Shown: one piece after another, positions 58,925 to 64,000 of the stretch
Layout of the letters: every line of letters starts with the position of its first letter
How positions within the stretch are numbered: position 1 is the stretch's first letter
Assembly: GCA_963662315.1 (NCBI GenBank)
Contig: OY759353.1
Coordinates: 2,240,001-2,304,000, forward strand
DNA from: Geopsychrobacteraceae bacterium
GTDB taxonomy: Bacteria; Desulfobacterota; Desulfuromonadia; Desulfuromonadales; Geopsychrobacteraceae
Direction of reading: 5' to 3'
Length of the DNA stretch: 64,000 nt
Position numbers and translations under genes: made by a program
The notes under the pieces: model-generated
What the model was told of the DNA's origin: nothing
Databases searched by the model: none
The model's input: only the letters and a program-made list of their open reading frames with translations

Positions 58925-60127
58925 ATGACCATGAAAACTCTTTATTTGGACACTTTTTCCGGTATCTCCGGAGACATGTTCCTGGGCCTGCTGCTTGACC
59001 TGGGACTCGATCAAAATTTCCTTGAAAATGAATTGGCGAAACTGCCTATCAGTGGTTACCGTCTTGAAGTCCAACGGGAAAAACGCCACGGCATTGAAGG
59101 GTGCCGCTGCCAGGTGCATTGCGATGAAACCCACCACCACCGGACCTGGAGTTCTATTGATGCCATGCTGGCGGAAAGTTCATTAGCGACACCCGCCAAA
59201 CACCTGGCCAGGCGCTTCTTCCGCCGCCTCGGTGAAGCTGAAGCGAAAGTGCACGGAATTGATATTGATGCAGTCCACTTTCATGAGGTCGGAGCGGTTG
59301 ACGCCATCGTTGACCTGACCGGTGTTGCCATCGGTCTTCAGGCGCTTGAAATCCAGACTTTGCGTTGCGCCCCGCTGCCGTTATCGCGCGGCATGTCACG
59401 CTGCGCTCACGGTGCACTCCCCCTGCCCGCTCCAGCAACCTTGGAAATTCTGCGCGGCAAACCGATCTGCGACAGCGGTATCGAAAAAGAATTGGTTACC
59501 CCCAGCGGTGCGGCCATTGTTGCTGAACTCGCAGAATTTGGCTCACTTCCGGCACTGCCTCTGGGAGAAACCGCCTACGGTGTCGGCGGTTGGGACCTGG
59601 AAGACCGCCCCAATTTGCTGCGCGGCATTCTATTCTGTTCAGCAGGCATCATGCCTGAAACCACTCAGGTTCAGGTTCTCGAAACGCATATTGACGACAG
59701 CACTCCAGAAGTGCTCGGACACCTGATGGAACGTCTGCTGGCAGCCGGAGCTCTGGATGCCGGCTTTTCACCGCTGCACATGAAAAAAAACCGCCCGGCG
59801 AATCTGCTTACTGTGGTCTGCGATCCTCATCAGGGGGATAGCCTGGCCCAGCTTATCATGACCGAAAGCAGCGCCATCGGTGTCCGCAGCAGTTTACAGC
59901 AGCGCTACCGCCTTGGCCGCCGTAGTGCCACAGTCACAACCGAATATGGCCCGGCCCGTGTTAAACTGATCTATTCCGGCCAGCAGTTTTTACGCCTGAC
60001 CGCAGAATATGATGACTGTCGGGAGTTGGCCCGTCAGAGTGGCCTCCCATTACAACAAATCTACCGGATTGTCGAAAACACCGCCTATGCGCAACTCGAT
60101 CTGCAGGGAGAACACGACCATGCTTGA
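58925..60127 (+). CDS. larC: Nickel-pincer cofactor Ni-insertase LarC (single ORF)
   Basis: SGISGDMFLG, His-rich THHHR, VHFHEVGAVDAIVD, ELVTPSGA, MKKNRP, AEYDDC. Confidence 0.93.
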   Translation: MTMKTLYLDTFSGISGDMFLGLLLDLGLDQNFLENELAKLPISGYRLEVQREKRHGIEGCRCQVHCDETHHHRTWSSIDAMLAESSLATPAKHLARRFFRRLGEAEAKVHGIDIDAVHFHEVGAVDAIVDLTGVAIGLQALEIQTLRCAPLPLSRGMSRCAHGALPLPAPATLEILRGKPICDSGIEKELVTPSGAAIVAELAEFGSLPALPLGETAYGVGGWDLEDRPNLLRGILFCSAGIMPETTQVQVLETHIDDSTPEVLGHLMERLLAAGALDAGFSPLHMKKNRPANLLTVVCDPHQGDSLAQLIMTESSAIGVRSSLQQRYRLGRRSATVTTEYGPARVKLIYSGQQFLRLTAEYDDCRELARQSGLPLQQIYRIVENTAYAQLDLQGEHDHA

Positions 60128-60602
60128 AGCGAAGCCCGTTTCCCCGAAATTTCGCCGTCTGATCCTGTTTCTGGCCAGTAATGGTGGCCTGGGCTATGCA
60201 CCAGCAGCATCAGGGACCTTTGGGACGCTGGCCGGCGTACCGGTTTTTTACTACCTGTCACGTGCATCCTTCAGTCTTCAGCTGCTCACCTTGACAGCTA
60301 TTCTGTTTTTGAGCTTCTGGGTCTGCCAGCATGCCGGGGTTATCTACCAGGAAGCAGATGATGGCCGCATTGTTATTGACGAGTTGGTCGGCTACCTGAT
60401 TACCACGGCTTTTTTACCCTATAGCTTCGGTACGGCACTGCTCGCTTTTCTCTGGTTCCGGGTCTTCGATATTCTTAAACCACCTCCGGTCAGCTGGTTT
60501 GATCGCGAAATGAAAAATGGTCTGGGTGTCACCCTGGATGATGCTATGGCCGGAATCTATGCAGCAATCCTGCTGCGTATCTGTCTTGCTCTGTTCAGCT
60601 GA
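60120..60602 (+). CDS. pgpA: Phosphatidylglycerophosphatase A
   Basis: GLGYAPAASGTFGT, IVIDELVG, FRVFDILKPPP, GVTLDDAMAG. Confidence 0.92.
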   Translation: MLEAKPVSPKFRRLILFLASNGGLGYAPAASGTFGTLAGVPVFYYLSRASFSLQLLTLTAILFLSFWVCQHAGVIYQEADDGRIVIDELVGYLITTAFLPYSFGTALLAFLWFRVFDILKPPPVSWFDREMKNGLGVTLDDAMAGIYAAILLRICLALFS

Positions 60603-60619
60603 TAACCCCGGGGGAGAAT

Positions 60620-61864
60620 ATGTCAGACTTTGATATTGCCATCCTGGTCACCGGTGACGAACTCCTTAATGGGGAAATCTCAGACACCAATACCAGCACC
60701 ATCGCTGAAATTCTGTCCCGCTACGGCTTTCATCTGCGCTGCTCGCTGGCCGTAGGTGATCAGGAAAAAGAGATTATTGCCGCCCTGAAATACCTGGCTG
60801 CTCACGTCCCGTTTGTAATTGTCACCGGCGGGCTGGGGTCCACCCGCGACGATCTGACCGCACGCGCGGCCGCACGCGCCTTCAATCAGCCCCAGGTGAT
60901 TAATGATGTCGCCATGGATATGGTTCGCGACTGGTTTTCTTCGCGCAACCGCACTATGGAACCGAGCAATGAAAGACAGGCCCTCCTGCCACAGTGGGCT
61001 ATCCCGATTGCCAACACCATTGGTACTGCGCCCGGCTTCAGTCTGCGCCACCTCAATTGCCAATTGTTTTTCCTTCCGGGCGTCCCGACAGAGATGAAAG
61101 CCATGTTTGAGGAATCGGTACTCCCCCTGCTTTTGCAGGAGATTCCCGACGTCTTCCCCCTGCAGCTGCGCACCTACAAGATTTTCGGCTTACCGGAACC
61201 ACGCATCAACCGGATGATCCCGTACGCTGATCTGCCGAATGGGGTTGAGGTCGCTTTCAGCCTTGATTACCCCCTTGTCCACCTGAAACTGAAAGCGGAC
61301 GGAGAAGAAGCCCGGCAACGCCTCGACATCGCTGAAATGCTGATCCTCAAAGAACTGGGGCCCCACGTTATGGCGCGCGATGAGGAGACTCCCGCTGGCA
61401 GCGTTGGGGCGCTGCTAACCAGAGAGGGGCTTACCCTGTCGCTGGCGGAATCCTGTACCGGCGGTCTGTTGGCCAGTCTGTTTACCCGCCATGCTGGGGC
61501 CTCAGCATTTCTGGAACGTGGCGGAGTCACTTACGCCAATTCCGCAAAAATGAATTGGCTCGGTGTTCCACAACAGATTCTCAATCAATACGGTGCGGTC
61601 AGTGAACAGTGCGCACAAGCCATGGCCAGCGGATTGCGCCATATCAGCAAAACCGATCTGTCAATCGCTATTACCGGAATTGCCGGGCCCGATGGTGGCA
61701 GCCCGGAAAAACCGGTCGGTACGGTTTACATTGCCATGGCGACCGCAGATACCGTTCATGTCAAAGGTTATCAATTCAGTGGCAACCGCAATCAGGTTCA
61801 GCAGATGAGTGCCCATATGGCTCTGGAATGGATCCGTCGCTTTATCCTGCAAAGGCATGAATAA
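60620..61864 (+). CDS. cinA: CinA-family protein (MocF + NMN deamidase)
   Basis: GDELLNG..DTN, TGGLGST.DDLT, LAESCTGG, ITGIAGPDGG..EKPVGTV. Confidence 0.94.
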   Translation: MSDFDIAILVTGDELLNGEISDTNTSTIAEILSRYGFHLRCSLAVGDQEKEIIAALKYLAAHVPFVIVTGGLGSTRDDLTARAAARAFNQPQVINDVAMDMVRDWFSSRNRTMEPSNERQALLPQWAIPIANTIGTAPGFSLRHLNCQLFFLPGVPTEMKAMFEESVLPLLLQEIPDVFPLQLRTYKIFGLPEPRINRMIPYADLPNGVEVAFSLDYPLVHLKLKADGEEARQRLDIAEMLILKELGPHVMARDEETPAGSVGALLTREGLTLSLAESCTGGLLASLFTRHAGASAFLERGGVTYANSAKMNWLGVPQQILNQYGAVSEQCAQAMASGLRHISKTDLSIAITGIAGPDGGSPEKPVGTVYIAMATADTVHVKGYQFSGNRNQVQQMSAHMALEWIRRFILQRHE

Positions 61865-62098
61865 GACGGCTTTAACAACCCATGACAAAATTGCTGAAAA
61901 GTCGTAACAGCAGGAGGAATAAGAACTCGACACAAAATTGGAAAACCTTTATGATTCATGGCGGAGGGAAGCCAGCTAACCAGCAACCATAGTGACTTTC
62001 TCTGTCACACGATTACATAGACTGTATTTATCAATTTTAAGCAATTATAGATTTTCATAGTTCTCTTTTAAAACTTGTGTCATCAGCCGGAGGAATAT

Positions 62099-63130
62099 AT
62101 GTCAGACGAAAACCGCAAACGCGCCCTTGACCTTGCCATGGGGCAGATCGAAAAACAGTTCGGCAAAGGGAGCATTATGCGTCTCGGATCCGACTACCAG
62201 GTCCCAGCCGTTGAGACAATTTCTACCGGCGCCCTGAGTCTCGATCTGGCTCTGGGTGTCGGCGGGATTCCTAAAGGGCGGATTATCGAAATATTTGGTC
62301 CGGAATCCTCGGGTAAAACGACACTGGCCCTGCATATTGTTGCGGAAGTTCAGAAAAAAGGTGGCATTGCAGCTTTCGTCGACGCCGAGCATGCTCTCGA
62401 TATTCAGTATGCCCAACATCTCGGGGTTAAAGCCGACGACCTGCTCGTCAGCCAGCCCGATACGGGTGAGCAAGCCCTTGAAATTACCGAAATGTTGGTC
62501 CGCAGTGGTGCGATTGATGTGCTTGTCGTTGACTCGGTTGCCGCACTGACCCCACGGGCTGAGATCGAAGGGGAAATGGGGGACTCCCACATGGGACTGC
62601 AGGCCCGTCTCATGTCCCAGGCGTTGCGTAAGCTGACCGGTATCGTCAGCAAATCAAACTGCAGCATCATCTTCATCAACCAGATCCGTATGAAAATTGG
62701 CGTCATGTTCGGCAACCCGGAGACCACCACAGGTGGTAACGCGCTTAAATTTTATGCTTCGGTACGTCTCGACATTCGCCGCATTGCTTCACTCAAACAG
62801 GGACAGGATGTGATTGGTGGCCGGACCCGGGTTAAGGTTGTAAAAAATAAAGTGGCACCGCCTTTTAAACAGGCTGAATTTGATATTATGTATGGGACAG
62901 GCATTTCCCGCGAAGGGGATGTTCTTGATCTTGGCGTCGACAACGATATTGTTGAAAAGAGTGGCTCATGGTTCTCCTACAAAGGGGAACGGGTTGGCCA
63001 GGGGCGTGAAAACGCGAAGCAGTTTCTGCGTGAAAACCCTGACACAACAAATGAAATTGAAGCGGCACTGCGTGATCTTTACGGCATTGGTGCCGGCAAG
63101 ATGTCTTCATCCGATGACTCTGAAGACTGA
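62099..63130 (+). CDS. recA: Recombinase RecA
   Basis: [53 protein letters not shown] before ATG 62099. Confidence 0.98.
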   Translation: MSDENRKRALDLAMGQIEKQFGKGSIMRLGSDYQVPAVETISTGALSLDLALGVGGIPKGRIIEIFGPESSGKTTLALHIVAEVQKKGGIAAFVDAEHALDIQYAQHLGVKADDLLVSQPDTGEQALEITEMLVRSGAIDVLVVDSVAALTPRAEIEGEMGDSHMGLQARLMSQALRKLTGIVSKSNCSIIFINQIRMKIGVMFGNPETTTGGNALKFYASVRLDIRRIASLKQGQDVIGGRTRVKVVKNKVAPPFKQAEFDIMYGTGISREGDVLDLGVDNDIVEKSGSWFSYKGERVGQGRENAKQFLRENPDTTNEIEAALRDLYGIGAGKMSSSDDSED

Positions 63131-63202
63131 CCCGCTTGCAGATCGACGTCAACCGACAACGGGCTTACGCTAATTAACTGAAAAGTACAACAGGGTGGAA
63201 AT

Positions 63203-64000
63203 ATGAATCTGAACGACATTCTGGCCATGGCGCTCAAATCTAACACTTCGGATATCCACATCAAGGCTGGGCTTCCCCCCGTCTTCAGGATTGATGGTAC
63301 GTTACGACCGGTTCCGAAATGTCCACGCCTGACGGCCGAAGCCGTACGCAGTATGTGCGAAGGGATCATGAGCGATCGCCAACGCTCTAAATTTGACGAG
63401 GTTGGAGAAATCGACCTGGCCTATGGCGTTCCCGGTCTGGGACGTTTCCGGGTCAATGTGTTCCTGCAGCGCAATACGGTCTCTGCCGTTTTCAGGGTCA
63501 TCCCGTTCAAAGTTGCCACCCTTGATGATCTGCTCATGCCGCAGGTCCTGAAAAAGATTGCCCAGGAACAACGCGGACTGGTCCTGGTTACCGGTGCGAC
63601 CGGTTCCGGCAAGTCGACGACACTGGCTGCCATGATCGACCATATCAACAGTCAGCGGACAGCTCATATCGTCACGGTTGAAGACCCGATTGAATACCTG
63701 CACCGTGATCGTAAATGTATCATCAATCAGCGAGAAGTCGGTTTTGACACCGTCGGTTTTGCCCCGGCGCTGAAGAGTGCTCTGCGCCAGGATCCTGACG
63801 TTATTCTGGTCGGCGAGATGCGCGACCTGGAAACGGCAGAAACTGCCCTGGCCGCTGCAGAGACCGGCCACCTGGTGTTGTCGACCCTGCACACCATCGA
63901 CGCTCCGGAAACCATTACGCGGATCATTTCCATGTTCCCCCCCCATCAGCAGCGACATATCCGCCTGCAGTTAGCCAATGTCCTTAAAGGGGTTATCTCC
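63203..64000 (+). CDS. pilT: Type IV pilus retraction ATPase PilT (partial, runs off the window end)
   Basis: Manual translation: SDIHIKAGLPP.FRIDG, GRFRVN, VTGATGSGKSTTLAAMID, EDPIEY, ALRQDPDVILVGEMRD, ETGHLVLSTLHT. Confidence 0.93.
   Translation, partial: MNLNDILAMALKSNTSDIHIKAGLPPVFRIDGTLRPVPKCPRLTAEAVRSMCEGIMSDRQRSKFDEVGEIDLAYGVPGLGRFRVNVFLQRNTVSAVFRVIPFKVATLDDLLMPQVLKKIAQEQRGLVLVTGATGSGKSTTLAAMIDHINSQRTAHIVTVEDPIEYLHRDRKCIINQREVGFDTVGFAPALKSALRQDPDVILVGEMRDLETAETALAAAETGHLVLSTLHTIDAPETITRIISMFPPHQQRHIRLQLANVLKGVIS

Noticed and set aside
58925..60127. Programmed frameshift in larC (A8 run at ~59783-59790)
   Set aside because: The run encodes the conserved MKKNRP motif in one continuous ORF; no frameshift needed
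61865..62098. LexA/SOS box upstream of recA
   Set aside because: CTGTATTTATCAATTT lacks the ACAG half, and no GGTT..ACC-type box was found
63302..63958. 218-aa minus-strand ORF
   Set aside because: Antisense shadow of pilT, which the track missed because it runs off the window
1..64000. CRISPR array, tRNA/rRNA genes, prophage or integrase att sites
   Set aside because: No regularly spaced repeats, tRNA cloverleafs, rRNA-like tracts or phage/integrase genes recognised by eye

Overview
64-kb bacterial chromosomal window. Gene content suggests a Desulfuromonadales/Geobacteraceae-like deltaproteobacterium: ResB/ResC cytochrome c maturation, an octaheme cytochrome, and a larB-larC-pgpA-cinA-recA-pilT block. 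The taxonomy is an inference. Core-like genes sit at both ends (TPR, dnaJ/cbpA, resBC; plsC-rnj-ftsK; yjgA, larBC, pgpA, cinA, recA, pilT). Between them lies a ~33-kb accessory stretch (4.5-37.6 kb) containing: (i) a sugar-acid locus (FadR regulator, L-galactonate-dehydrogenase-like enzyme, TRAP, LarA-superfamily protein, uxaB, uxaA); (ii) yeiH/LysR; (iii) a sigma54-preceded multistep phosphorelay; (iv) an IclR-DapA-like-TAXI-VOC module interrupted upstream by an IS3-family element; (v) a collapsed glucarate/galactarate locus with two mirror-image gudD'-garR units and a garD relic. Osmoadaptation genes follow (MarR-ablAB, ClC, proVWX). Best leads: a probable nickel-pincer-dependent sugar-acid epimerase whose cofactor genes larB/larC are in the same window; a structured ~320-nt proV leader plus a motif shared with the ablAB promoter; and the mirrored, microhomology-deleted gudD/garD relics, which the ORF track only partly shows. 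No rRNA, tRNA or CRISPR array was seen.
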